The notes: generated by a model from the letters alone, not told the origin. A stretch of 64,000 nucleotides of DNA from a virus (IMGVR_UViG_3300042503_000724:543-64542), one strand, 5' to 3'. Numbered from the stretch's first letter, positions 16,059 to 25,046 are shown. Translations and numbers: made by a program.

Positions 16059-19000
16059 TTATGCTCCTAATAATATATCCACTGCTTTGAATGGATACCC
16101 TTTCTTTATTGAATTTACGTTTGGTCCAAGCATTAACCTGGCATCAAATGTTGATCCTACTGGTGGTACTTCAGAAAATGCGATGTAGCCATCTGAGTCT
16201 ACCATAAAGCCTTCTCTTGGTAGCATAGATTGCCAGACATATTCTGGAAAGTCCACTGTTTGAATTATACCATTTATTGTTAACAAAAGTCTAAGTGGGT
16301 TGTTAATTGCTACTTGTTGTCCTTGGAATTTTGGAACAAATCTAGAATCCATATCGTTAAACTCATACCTCAAGTCATCCAGTGGAATAATGTCTGGAAG
16401 GTATGGCAAACTGGCAAAAATTAAATCGTCCACATATTCTTTATTTGCTGCATCTGTATCATCTGTAGGAGATGGCACTGTAACATGACCAGTAAATACT
16501 GGATCGTTTGTTCTGGCTATTTCAACATCAATAAAGTCTTTATCAATTGGGGTTGCTGCCCAGGTTCCTGTTGTAACGTATCCAAGAGTACTAATATTAT
16601 TTGGCACACCAGAGTACTGTGCAAAAATTATATTATCTGTTCCAATTTTTATTGCACCACTTGGAGTCGTAGAAGTTCCACCCTGAGAAACAACATAAGA
16701 ATCATTTGCAGAGTTGGTACCTGAAGTAACAAAAACGTAATCTCCATTTTTAATTAGTCCATTTGTTGAAGTATTTCCATTAAAATTTGTAGCCCTTGTA
16801 AGAATAAACGGATCGTCACCGTCACCAGCAAATGTTACAACATAAATACCATTATGCTTTGCGTCAGTCTGATCTTTAATAAGAACTCTTTGACCAGCCT
16901 CTACCTCTGGTCCATCAAGTATCAATGCTCCATCTACATTTCCAGTAAGGGTTGCTCCAACTCCAAGACCGCCAGAAGAATCGCTAGTTCCAGCTGCATA
17001 TGTTGCATTTAGATTTGTTTGGGAAACATAGACCACCTGAGGTTTAACATTAATTCCAGCAGCCAATGCGTCAACATAGCTTTTAGTTGTAGCATGACCA
17101 GAACTTGTTGGAGTTGGCACAGTAACAGTTCCAACAAAATTTGTAGAAGGATAAACAGAAACTGTTCCAGTTGCTCCACTTGTTGAAGAACCAATGTTAA
17201 TATTTGTTTCTGAACCTGATGCCCCACCAGTTCCAATGTTGATTGTTTTTGTAGTTGTAGTAGCATTTCCAAATAAAGTTGCAGTAACTGATCCTGTTGG
17301 AGTGCCTCCAATTGTAAATGTTGTTGCTGCACCTGCAAGGTTAACAGTAGTTGCGGTTGTATTAAATAAGTCTAAAGATGTGCTTGTTGTGACTATTGCA
17401 GGAGTTCTAATTGTAGTGCTTGCACCAGCATCAGTAGATCCCATAATTAATGTTGTTGCTGCCCCAGCAAAATTAACTGTTGTTGCAGTAGCATTTATTA
17501 AATTAAAGGTACTTGTTCCAGATATTAAGGATGTGCTAATTGTTGGGGAAGAACCAGTTATATAAGAATTTGTGTCAATAGACCAGCTGTCTGGTCCAAG
17601 TCTTTTTAATAGACCAACTCCAGAAGTTATTGCTGCAATTGCACTAAGATCTCCGTCAACTGGTTGATATCCAGACAAAGAAGATGATAGTGCATATGTA
17701 CTTGAGTCATAGGACCATGTTCCTGCTGTATTTTTTAGAAGACCAGTGCCAGAACCAAGAGTATTAATTCCTGCAAGATGTGAACTGTAAGCTTGAACGT
17801 CTGTTCCAATTACAAGACCTAAAGATGTTCTTCCAGAGGATGCATCAAGACCTGAAGATCCACCGTCCCATTTATTTCTATCAGTATATGCGGTGTCCCA
17901 ATTAGAAGAATTATTAGTTACTGTAGTGTATGTTGAATCTGTTCCACGAACAACAATTCCAGTTGTTGACAATGCAGAAATATTTGTAAGGTCTAAATCT
18001 TTTGGTTGGTAGTCTGATATGGCATCAGCCTTGGTTAAATATGTAGCTTCTGCTGTTGCTGTTGAGAGCAAGTTACCAAGTTGTGTTTGTATAGAAGATG
18101 TTACTCCATCTAGGTATCCTATTTCTGTAGATGTAACATTTCCAATACTTGTTGTTGATGGAAGAATTACTATGCCAGTAAATGTTGGACCAGATAATGT
18201 AGCATATGCTGTTAGGTCTAACTGTGTGCTTGGAACTTTTCCTGATGGATCATCAAGTGTCGCTACGCCACCTGCAATACCTTTTGCACTCATAGGAATG
18301 TAGCCAGTTGAAGTGTTGCTTATGTCAGAAACTCTTGCAATTGTATCTGGTATAACTGCATCTGAAATTTCTCCGCCAGTAAGTGTTGGCTTTGAGTCTA
18401 GCTGAGTTTGTATAGCAGAGGTTACGCCATTTAAATATCCAACTTCTGTAGCACTTACGTCACCAATTGATGTTGTGGATGGCAAGACAACTATCCCAGT
18501 AAATGTTGGTGCATCTAAAGGTGCAAAACTTGTTGCAACAAACTCTGTTGTTGCAATTCTAGTACTATTGTTTCCAGCTGTAGCAGTTGTTGCTAAGGGT
18601 AAGCCAGTAAACTCTGGACTTTCTAGTGGTGCATAGCTAGAAAGACTTGAATTTAAAGCGTAAGAATTTGTGTCTATGCTAAATGCATCTTCACCAGTTC
18701 TTTTTACAAATCCAGTACCAATAATTTCTGTAATTGAAGTAAGTCCTGGATTATATTCTTGTACATCTAGACCAATGCTACCAGAAGTAAGAAGATCTGC
18801 TTCTGCTGCAGTTTGATTTTTCCATTGAGAGGTTGCACTATCATATGCAAGAACTTCATTGTCTGCTATAGTTCCACTAATTGTTACATCTGTAAGACTG
18901 CTTATATCTGTGACTGCAGAAACCGTTTCATTTATCCACTTTGAAGTTGTGGTATCCCAAACAAGTGCTTGTCCATCTGTTGGGGTTCCAGTAATTACAA

Positions 19001-20060
19001 CATTTGAAAGACTGTCAACTGTATGGTTGTGTGATGTAGAAGACTTGCTATCAATTTGTGTTTGAATGGCGGAAGTTACACCGTCAAGATATCCTATTTC
19101 AGTGTCAGTAACTCCAGATACAACTGTTTGAAGCCCTGCTTCTGCTGCTGTTTGATTTTTCCAAAGACCACTTGCACTATCATAGGAGAGGATTTCATTA
19201 TCTGCTATTGACGCATTAGCTTCAAGAAGTACATCATGAATTTCTTTTAACTCAAAACCATTTTGTACCTTAACAAAAATCTCACCAGTGTTTGCATTTT
19301 TTCTAGTAACAACACCAATAAAAACTAAATGTGCAGGAGCAACAGGCTTGTTTGTAAGACCATAAATTAAATTACCATCTGTACCAAGCCATACTGGATC
19401 ACCCTCTGCACCTGCGGTAGATGTGTCAAGACCTGCTAGAAGACCTTCTGTTACAACTTTAACCAATGCATTGTTTGCTCCGCCAGATTCTAAAAGACCA
19501 ATAGTCTTACTAGATGTTGCTTCGGATGCGTTAGAAGCTTTTGAAACAACCATGTTTGTTCCATTAGAAGAACTTACATATACTGCTTGACCTTTTGCAA
19601 TAGCACCATTTAATCTAACATCATGTTTTAAAACTGCGGTATAGTCTGCAGATGGAGCATTTATTACATCAATATGTAATTCATTAGATGCGTCTTCATA
19701 TGTTACAGAAGCATTGGTGTGGTTTGCGTGGGTAAATAGTGGGGCTACAAAGTCTTGTACCTGCTCTTGTGAAAGGCTTACAACACCGTTTACTTCTACC
19801 CAATAAGTACCATCATAAATATAGAACTCACCAGTATCATTCTTATACCAGGCATCTCCAGTTGCTGGACTTGATGGGGCAGTGGTTGAAACATTAATGT
19901 CTGATCCGCCATCATTACCAACGGGAACCCAAGCACCATTGGCATATACTTTTACTGCATCAGATGTGGTATTGTAATAAATGTCACCTTCAACTGGTGA
20001 GGATGGGTCTGAAGCTAAATTGACCAAATTAATAGGGTTTAAAAACTTTTTACTAGCCAT
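16059..20060 (-). CDS. Long fibre protein (anchor of module 2) with C-terminal adaptor domain
   Basis: Thr/Ser/Gly-rich; P.GD.(W/Y)Y motifs; three TE.GYL.GVTS.IQTQ repeats; C-terminal ~110 aa shared with 49377..53195. Confidence 0.8.
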   Translation of the reverse strand: MASKKFLNPINLVNLASDPSSPVEGDIYYNTTSDAVKVYANGAWVPVGNDGGSDINVSTTAPSSPATGDAWYKNDTGEFYIYDGTYWVEVNGVVSLSQEQVQDFVAPLFTHANHTNASVTYEDASNELHIDVINAPSADYTAVLKHDVRLNGAIAKGQAVYVSSSNGTNMVVSKASNASEATSSKTIGLLESGGANNALVKVVTEGLLAGLDTSTAGAEGDPVWLGTDGNLIYGLTNKPVAPAHLVFIGVVTRKNANTGEIFVKVQNGFELKEIHDVLLEANASIADNEILSYDSASGLWKNQTAAEAGLQTVVSGVTDTEIGYLDGVTSAIQTQIDSKSSTSHNHTVDSLSNVVITGTPTDGQALVWDTTTSKWINETVSAVTDISSLTDVTISGTIADNEVLAYDSATSQWKNQTAAEADLLTSGSIGLDVQEYNPGLTSITEIIGTGFVKRTGEDAFSIDTNSYALNSSLSSYAPLESPEFTGLPLATTATAGNNSTRIATTEFVATSFAPLDAPTFTGIVVLPSTTSIGDVSATEVGYLNGVTSAIQTQLDSKPTLTGGEISDAVIPDTIARVSDISNTSTGYIPMSAKGIAGGVATLDDPSGKVPSTQLDLTAYATLSGPTFTGIVILPSTTSIGNVTSTEIGYLDGVTSSIQTQLGNLLSTATAEATYLTKADAISDYQPKDLDLTNISALSTTGIVVRGTDSTYTTVTNNSSNWDTAYTDRNKWDGGSSGLDASSGRTSLGLVIGTDVQAYSSHLAGINTLGSGTGLLKNTAGTWSYDSSTYALSSSLSGYQPVDGDLSAIAAITSGVGLLKRLGPDSWSIDTNSYITGSSPTISTSLISGTSTFNLINATATTVNFAGAATTLIMGSTDAGASTTIRTPAIVTTSTSLDLFNTTATTVNLAGAATTFTIGGTPTGSVTATLFGNATTTTKTINIGTGGASGSETNINIGSSTSGATGTVSVYPSTNFVGTVTVPTPTSSGHATTKSYVDALAAGINVKPQVVYVSQTNLNATYAAGTSDSSGGLGVGATLTGNVDGALILDGPEVEAGQRVLIKDQTDAKHNGIYVVTFAGDGDDPFILTRATNFNGNTSTNGLIKNGDYVFVTSGTNSANDSYVVSQGGTSTTPSGAIKIGTDNIIFAQYSGVPNNISTLGYVTTGTWAATPIDKDFIDVEIARTNDPVFTGHVTVPSPTDDTDAANKEYVDDLIFASLPYLPDIIPLDDLRYEFNDMDSRFVPKFQGQQVAINNPLRLLLTINGIIQTVDFPEYVWQSMLPREGFMVDSDGYIAFSEVPPVGSTFDARLMLGPNVNSIKKGYPFKAVDILLGA

Positions 20061-21700
20061 AGTAGTTTAATTATATCATTTATGTAGGTTTAAGTATAGG
20101 ATGTTCTACAAGCCATTATAGTTCTGCTTCTGATGCCCAATGAAAAGATATTCCATTTGCGTTAGCACCAGAAGAACTAAGTGCTCTAAACGAGTTTTCT
20201 CCTGAACCATCAAGACTTCCAGTAACGCTTTGCTGGCTAGAGCCATAAGTTTCTCTTGTAACTTTTCCAGAAGCACCAGTCATGGTATCCCAAATAGATA
20301 AAGTTGGGCTTGACTTTCTTTTTGATACTTTATACGGAACAGATGTAACTATGTATCCAGTGGTAGGTGCAGCAGACCCACTAAAAAATGCTCCTACGAT
20401 GGTACTTGTTCCAAGAGCAGTTCCTAAATCGTAAGACTTCTCATAGTACCTTTGGCACAATGCTAGTTCTGTACCAATAGGACGTTGTTCAAACGGGGTG
20501 GCTATAGAACCCTTTTCAACTTGCACACCCCACACATCAAATGTAAAGGTTGCATTTATTGGTAAAGAAAAGAATATGTGTAGCGATGAATCTGGATTAG
20601 TTCCTAATGTTTTTCCAGATAAAGACGGAACGGTAACTGTGTAAGTAAACTTAGTCCAAGAAGTTGTAACCGCTACGCTTGTAGCAACTGTTGTGTACTG
20701 AAAAGAAGATGGTGAACCACCAGAGCCATAAGCTTGACCAATTAAAATTCCAGGAATTGTAGTGTTAGCAGATGTTTTAGCCCAGAATGAAATTACAATA
20801 TTCTGTCCAGCAAAAGTACGGACGTCTTCAATTTTCTGGAGTAAATAGTTATACGTTGCTCCAGAGCCAGCAACAGACTGATTGTATCTTAAAAAGTATT
20901 TTGGTTCGTATTCTGAAATTGCTCCTGCTCCAGGGGTAAAAGATTGCTGAGTGATAAGGCGAGTTGAGCCAGAACCATCTAGCCAAGTTAACCATCTATC
21001 TGCGTTGTAACCACCATTACTTGGAGTAATTGATGTGCCTCGTTGCCAGATATCCATACCACCATTGATAATGGCATTGCGGAAACCACTGATAGGTGTA
21101 GTAGTCATGTTTGGGTACTCTGACAGATCAGCAGAAGTTAAATAGGTGTTAGTGTCTAGTGACCAGGATATCATTCCCATTCCATAGTTTGCAAACTTAA
21201 CTATTCCACTTTGAATAGTAATATTTCCAAATGTACTAGAGAGTGTTGATAAAGCACCATTAAGTGGCTGATATGTAGAACTTGCTGTAGATATATCTAA
21301 TTTATTTCCAAGAGCAGTTGTGATGGTGGATGCATAGTTTGCATCATCTCCAAGTGCTGCTGCAAGTTCATTAAGAGTATTTAATGTTGAGGGTGCAGCA
21401 TCAATTAAATTGGTTATTGCTGTTCCAACATATGTTTCTGTTGCGTATCCAGAAATAGATGCACCTGCAGGAATTGTAACCGTACCAGTAAATGTGGGGG
21501 AGGCTAGTGGAGATTTTGTACCCAACTGTGTTTGAATAGCACTAGTTACGCCATCAAGGTACCCAATTTCAGTGTCTGTTACGTTGGTTACTATTGGCTG
21601 GTATGTGGTTGCTGCGGTAGATGAAGAAAGCTTTGTACCTAACTGAGTCTGAATAGATGATGTAACGCCATCTAAATATCCTAGTTCAGTATCTGAAACA
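18075..21700 (-). repeat. Dispersed peptide repeat TE(I/L/V)GYL(D/N)GVTS(S/A)IQTQ, five copies in two adjacent fibre genes
   Basis: Approximate copies at 18075-18140, 18400-18460, 19050-19110, 21520-21580 and 21640-21700. Confidence 0.8.
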
Positions 21701-21831
21701 TTTGAAACTCTTGGCTGGTAGTCAGCAGTTAGATCAATTCCAATAATTTCCCAAGATGTACCATTATAACGATATCCCTGATATTCATCATTAACTTGTG
21801 GAGCAGGAGAGGTTGGAAAGATAGTTGCCAT
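20116..21831 (-). CDS. Tail/head fibre protein with C-terminal carbohydrate-binding-like domain
   Basis: AAPSTLNTLNELAAALGDDAN fibre motif; FRNAIINGGMDIWQRG ... QVEKGSIATPFEQR..ELALCQRYY. Confidence 0.82.
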   Translation of the reverse strand: MATIFPTSPAPQVNDEYQGYRYNGTSWEIIGIDLTADYQPRVSNVSDTELGYLDGVTSSIQTQLGTKLSSSTAATTYQPIVTNVTDTEIGYLDGVTSAIQTQLGTKSPLASPTFTGTVTIPAGASISGYATETYVGTAITNLIDAAPSTLNTLNELAAALGDDANYASTITTALGNKLDISTASSTYQPLNGALSTLSSTFGNITIQSGIVKFANYGMGMISWSLDTNTYLTSADLSEYPNMTTTPISGFRNAIINGGMDIWQRGTSITPSNGGYNADRWLTWLDGSGSTRLITQQSFTPGAGAISEYEPKYFLRYNQSVAGSGATYNYLLQKIEDVRTFAGQNIVISFWAKTSANTTIPGILIGQAYGSGGSPSSFQYTTVATSVAVTTSWTKFTYTVTVPSLSGKTLGTNPDSSLHIFFSLPINATFTFDVWGVQVEKGSIATPFEQRPIGTELALCQRYYEKSYDLGTALGTSTIVGAFFSGSAAPTTGYIVTSVPYKVSKRKSSPTLSIWDTMTGASGKVTRETYGSSQQSVTGSLDGSGENSFRALSSSGANANGISFHWASEAEL

Positions 21832-21837
21832 ATGTCT

Positions 21838-21846
21838 ATTTTATCA
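21838..21846 (-). promoter_or_regulatory. Extended -10 promoter, leaderless start
   Basis: TGaTAAAAT, 6 nt before the ATG at 21831, no SD. Confidence 0.55.
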
Positions 21847-21866
21847 CCTATTTATGCGTATGGCAC

Positions 21867-22139
21867 CTAGTTATCATATATAATGTATGATACAGGACTG
21901 TTAATTTTGTCATCTAAACTCTTCTGAATTCTAATCTGCTGAATAGCAGTTTCTTCAGCAATTTTTTTAGATTGAAAAACTACTCCCTTTAATCCACACC
22001 TAACCTTAACCCACTCGTTAATCCCAGTTCTTCTTTGAACTGATGCCTTATAGGTTCCTTTTTCAGGCAGGTATGTAATAACTGCACGATACTGATGTTC
22101 TTCTACAAGCATCTCATCTTTTAGTTTGCGATTAAACAT
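21867..22139 (-). CDS. Hypothetical protein
   Basis: ORF coupled to thioredoxin. Confidence 0.6.
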   Translation of the reverse strand: MFNRKLKDEMLVEEHQYRAVITYLPEKGTYKASVQRRTGINEWVKVRCGLKGVVFQSKKIAEETAIQQIRIQKSLDDKINSPVSYIIYDN

Positions 22140-22425
22140 TATCAAACAACGCTTTCTTTAGTGCTGGCTTTGGCTTAGCCCCAACAATATGCTTTAGTTT
22201 TTCTCCACTATTGTATAGCATAATAACTGGGATGCTATTGATGCCAAGTGCTTGTGCAAGTTCTGGACTCTCATCAACATTGATCTTTAGCAAACGAACA
22301 TCCTGCTCTTTAGATAGTTCTTCAATTACAGGTGTTAACATCTTGCATGGTCCACACCACTCAGCCCAGAAGTCCACGAGGGTCTGACCTGACTTAACTT
22401 CTTCAATAAATTCTACTAGATTCAT
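22132..22425 (-). CDS. trxA: Thioredoxin
   Basis: VDFWAEWCGPCK, INVDE, SIP, VGA. Confidence 0.95.
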   Translation of the reverse strand: MNLVEFIEEVKSGQTLVDFWAEWCGPCKMLTPVIEELSKEQDVRLLKINVDESPELAQALGINSIPVIMLYNSGEKLKHIVGAKPKPALKKALFDNV

Positions 22426-22628
22426 TACGACACTACTCCATTGTTTCTCTTGTTTTTTATTTTATATTCTGAAGCTCTACCAGAGGATGTTCCTTTGTAT
22501 GTGGCTTCAATCATTCTACGATTATATAACAGTTCTTTTTCTGCTCTTTCAATCTGTTTGTCCCAGCTAAACTTTTCTTTTTTTGCTCTTGGTTTTCTTG
22601 GTTGTCTTGGCTTTCTTGGTTGTCTCAC
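22425..22628 (-). CDS. Small basic hypothetical protein
   Basis: The longer ORF overlaps tRNA-Thr; GTG at 22628 gives RQPRKPRQPRKPRAKK... Confidence 0.5.
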   Translation of the reverse strand: MRQPRKPRQPRKPRAKKEKFSWDKQIERAEKELLYNRRMIEATYKGTSSGRASEYKIKNKRNNGVVS

Positions 22629-22654
22629 AATATAATCCTTTTGTTTTATTTTAG

Positions 22655-22726
22655 AGCTCCAAGTGAATTCCGAGATCACAACCTATGCTTTACAAGAGCA
22701 TCGCTCTACCGTTGAGCTATTGGAGC
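22655..22726 (-). tRNA. tRNA-Thr(UGU) with atypical T-arm
   Basis: GCTCCAA/TTGGAGC acceptor stem, GCTC/GAGC D-stem, ATGCT-CTTGTAA-AGCAT anticodon arm; T-arm GTGAT-CTCGGAA-TTCAC. Confidence 0.8.
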
Positions 22727-22739
22727 AATTCTTTATTTA

Positions 22740-22946
22740 TTAATACTTATCGTGACTTACTTCGTGTCTATCATCAATGTACTTGTGAATCTTTTTAAGT
22801 ACTCGTGATTTTGAAATAGCAAGTAGTGCTACTGCAAACACAATGTTCCAAAAAAATTCTGCAACAACGTGCTCTAGCCCAAACATTACTTCAAACAACT
22901 CGCTTGTATGTCCTGCATGTTCTGATTCTTCACCTGTGTAAATCAT
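22740..22946 (-). CDS. Small single-pass membrane protein
   Basis: Hydrophobic VVAEFFWNIVFAVALLAIS; His-rich ends. Confidence 0.6.
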   Translation of the reverse strand: MIYTGEESEHAGHTSELFEVMFGLEHVVAEFFWNIVFAVALLAISKSRVLKKIHKYIDDRHEVSHDKY

Positions 22947-23080
22947 CTCTTAATTCCTCGCTTTACATATCCTGTTTTCTTTTTGTTCATAGAACCTGGC
23001 ATATTGTATCCACCTCTTTGTGGTACATTGTTTTTGCGAACCTCTAGGGCTGCAAGAATTTTATCGTGATGTTTTCCCAT
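22943..23080 (-). CDS. Small basic protein (45 aa)
   Basis: Hand translation MGKHHDKILAALEVRKNNVPQRGGYNMPGSMNKKKTGYVKRGIKR; GGAG RBS, ATGA overlap. Confidence 0.6.
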   Translation of the reverse strand: MGKHHDKILAALEVRKNNVPQRGGYNMPGSMNKKKTGYVKRGIKR

Positions 23081-23248
23081 TTAGTTGTTATCTCCATTGT
23101 GTTGTTTTAGGTATTTAATAACTTCTTCTAAAGCATTGTTCCATCCATTAATAAACGCCTGAAATTCTGGTGATTGAACCGCTAGAGCTTCTGCGTGTTT
23201 CATAGGAATAATTTCTTCAATTAAAAAATCTATTTCAATATTTGACAT
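23081..23248 (-). CDS. Hypothetical protein (leaderless)
   Basis: ATG 7 nt after TATAAT; MSNIEIDF... Confidence 0.55.
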   Translation of the reverse strand: MSNIEIDFLIEEIIPMKHAEALAVQSPEFQAFINGWNNALEEVIKYLKQHNGDNN

Positions 23249-23255
23249 AAGAAAT

Positions 23256-23293
23256 ATTATAGCAGAAGCCCCTGACAATTGTCAAGGGGCTTC
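23256..23293 (-). promoter_or_regulatory. Promoter embedded in an inverted repeat (possible terminator/operator after the lysin gene)
   Basis: TTGACA(23280-85)-N18-TATAAT(23256-61); IR GAAGCCCC-TGACAA/TTGTCA-A-GGGGCTTC at 23265-23293. Confidence 0.75.
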
Positions 23294-23308
23294 ACTATTT
23301 ATTTTTTA

Positions 23309-23698
23309 TTAAGATGCAAGAATTGCAGCAGGATCAATGTCCTTGCCAGCACTCCATCTAATGTTATCTCTCATTTCAAAGTGTAGGTGAGGACCTGAAG
23401 AGTTGCCTGTATTACCAGACTCTCCAATATGCTGACCCTTTGTTACTTTGTCTCCAGCCTTAACTAGAGCCTTTGAAAGGTGTGCATAGATTACCCAGCC
23501 ACCTTCAACTTTTTGTACTAACTGTGTACCATAGCTGGCACCCCAGGATGCATTTTCAATCTTACCGTCAGCAACAGCAACAATGTCTGTTCCTACTTTG
23601 CAAGCGTAGTCTACTCCTGTGTGATAGCCCTTGCTCCACATTTTTCCAAGCTTCTTGTAAGGTGTTGTAACCTTACCTCCCACGATTGGTGAACCCAT
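23309..23698 (-). CDS. M23 family peptidase (putative endolysin)
   Basis: HTGVD, YAHLS, GNTGNSSGPHLHFE. Confidence 0.92.
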   Translation of the reverse strand: MGSPIVGGKVTTPYKKLGKMWSKGYHTGVDYACKVGTDIVAVADGKIENASWGASYGTQLVQKVEGGWVIYAHLSKALVKAGDKVTKGQHIGESGNTGNSSGPHLHFEMRDNIRWSAGKDIDPAAILAS

Positions 23699-23751
23699 TT
23701 AGAATCACTCTTTTCCTATAAATTAGGTATTAAACCCAAATCTATTATATC

Positions 23752-23976
23752 CTAGATAGGACTTGAAGACGATCTTTCGTTAATAAAGTCTCTTTCATCT
23801 ATAATTTCATAGGAAAATTTAATAAGAGCATCTTCATTTTTTGTATAGTGATGCCCGCAGAAATATAGCTCTCCTGCTACGCCTTTTACAAGGACAAATG
23901 CTTGAGCACCACACCTGTCACATCTATCTGCTATTAGTAACTTTCGTTCCTGTTTTTCTTCTACAGTTGTTTCCAT
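23752..23976 (-). CDS. DUF7455-like actinobacterial zinc-binding protein
   Basis: ADRCDRCGAQA ... GELYFCGHH. Confidence 0.75.
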   Translation of the reverse strand: METTVEEKQERKLLIADRCDRCGAQAFVLVKGVAGELYFCGHHYTKNEDALIKFSYEIIDERDFINERSSSSPI

Positions 23977-24018
23977 TACATCTCCTTAGATGTTTCTTAG
24001 TTTAATTATACTCTAAAG

Positions 24019-24091
24019 CCCCCAATAAGAGATTCGAACTCCTGACCTAACGGGTAGAAACCGTTTGCTCTATCCACTGAGCTAATTAGGG
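24019..24091 (-). tRNA. tRNA-Arg(UCU)
   Basis: CCCTAAT/ATTGGGG acceptor stem; AACGG-TTTCTAC-CCGTT anticodon arm; TTCGAAT T-loop. Confidence 0.92.
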
Positions 24092-24092
24092 G

Positions 24093-24163
24093 AGCGAATG
24101 GAGAGAATCGAACTCTCACCGTCAGTTTGGAAAACTGAGGCACTACCATTATGCAACATTCGC
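24093..24163 (-). tRNA. tRNA-Gly(UCC)
   Basis: GCGAATG/CATTCGC acceptor stem; TCAGT-TTTCCAA-ACTGA; GAGAG-TTCGATT-CTCTC. Confidence 0.92.
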
Positions 24164-24226
24164 CTGTCAGTTTGCCATGCCACTTAACATGTGGGAGTAT
24201 ATGCAACTGACAAACATATACTGCTG

Positions 24227-24299
24227 CTCCCCAACCTGGACTCGAACCAGGAACATTTAAATTAACAGTTTAACGCTCTGCCAATTGAGCTATTGGGGA
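24227..24299 (-). tRNA. tRNA-Asn(GUU)
   Basis: TCCCCAA/TTGGGGA acceptor stem; TTAAA-CTGTTAA-TTTAA; CCTGG-TTCGAGT-CCAGG. Confidence 0.95.
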
Positions 24300-24307
24300 T
24301 TGGGTAT

Positions 24308-25039
24308 TTAATATTTAAATTCTTTAATCTTACTTGTCTTTAAATGATTATCAACTTCATGTTTTTTAACTGGACTTTCTGCTCTTCCATAATGACCATC
24401 TATTTCTGTTATACCTGCTTGTTGAGATGTTCTATGATTTGCATACATGTCGTATTCTTTTTTAAATTCTGGATAGTCTTCAATTCCTGAAACTAAAGTA
24501 TTAAACTGCTCAACGTATCCTCTTTCTACTGGGAAAAAACTAAACAATGGCTGATCTTTTTCAAATTTAATTTTTCCTGGTTTAATAAACTTAAAGTTAT
24601 AAGTAAATGTAAATGGTAACCAGTCTGTTTCTACAACACCGTCAAGTGGCTGTATTCCATTTGCAATTAAGTTTGGAATACCACGAACATATGTAGAAAC
24701 TCCTGGACTTGTTTTAATAATAAAGTCTGGAATCAAACTTAATATTCCATGACCAAAATTAGTTGCAGTCATTTTAAAGTCTTCATTGCTACTTTCTGGA
24801 GGATTTATTACTGTTACTGAAAGGTCTGACCCCAAAGGTCCACCGTTCCATTCTGCTGTAAAATCCATTGGACATAAAACATACCACCCATAGGTATTTC
24901 CAACATTTAATGGGGTACAACGATAAGCATTGTTGTGTGTTTCATCCATCCATGTTCTTTTTACTTTTGGATTTACTACTTTAAAAAGCTTGTTTTCTTT
25001 GTCAAAGTATCTTAACTCAATTGTTTTTTCGGAATCCAT
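24308..25039 (-). CDS. DUF6065-family protein
   Basis: RTWMD..AYRCTPLNVGNTYGW..CP..F.AEWNGG; FGHGIL; PLDGVVETDWLPFTFT.NFK. Confidence 0.8.
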   Translation of the reverse strand: MDSEKTIELRYFDKENKLFKVVNPKVKRTWMDETHNNAYRCTPLNVGNTYGWYVLCPMDFTAEWNGGPLGSDLSVTVINPPESSNEDFKMTATNFGHGILSLIPDFIIKTSPGVSTYVRGIPNLIANGIQPLDGVVETDWLPFTFTYNFKFIKPGKIKFEKDQPLFSFFPVERGYVEQFNTLVSGIEDYPEFKKEYDMYANHRTSQQAGITEIDGHYGRAESPVKKHEVDNHLKTSKIKEFKY

Positions 25040-25046
25040 AGCCTCT

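Noticed and set aside
24006-24206. 66-aa ORF in the track
   Set aside because: Overlaps tRNA-Gly and tRNA-Arg.
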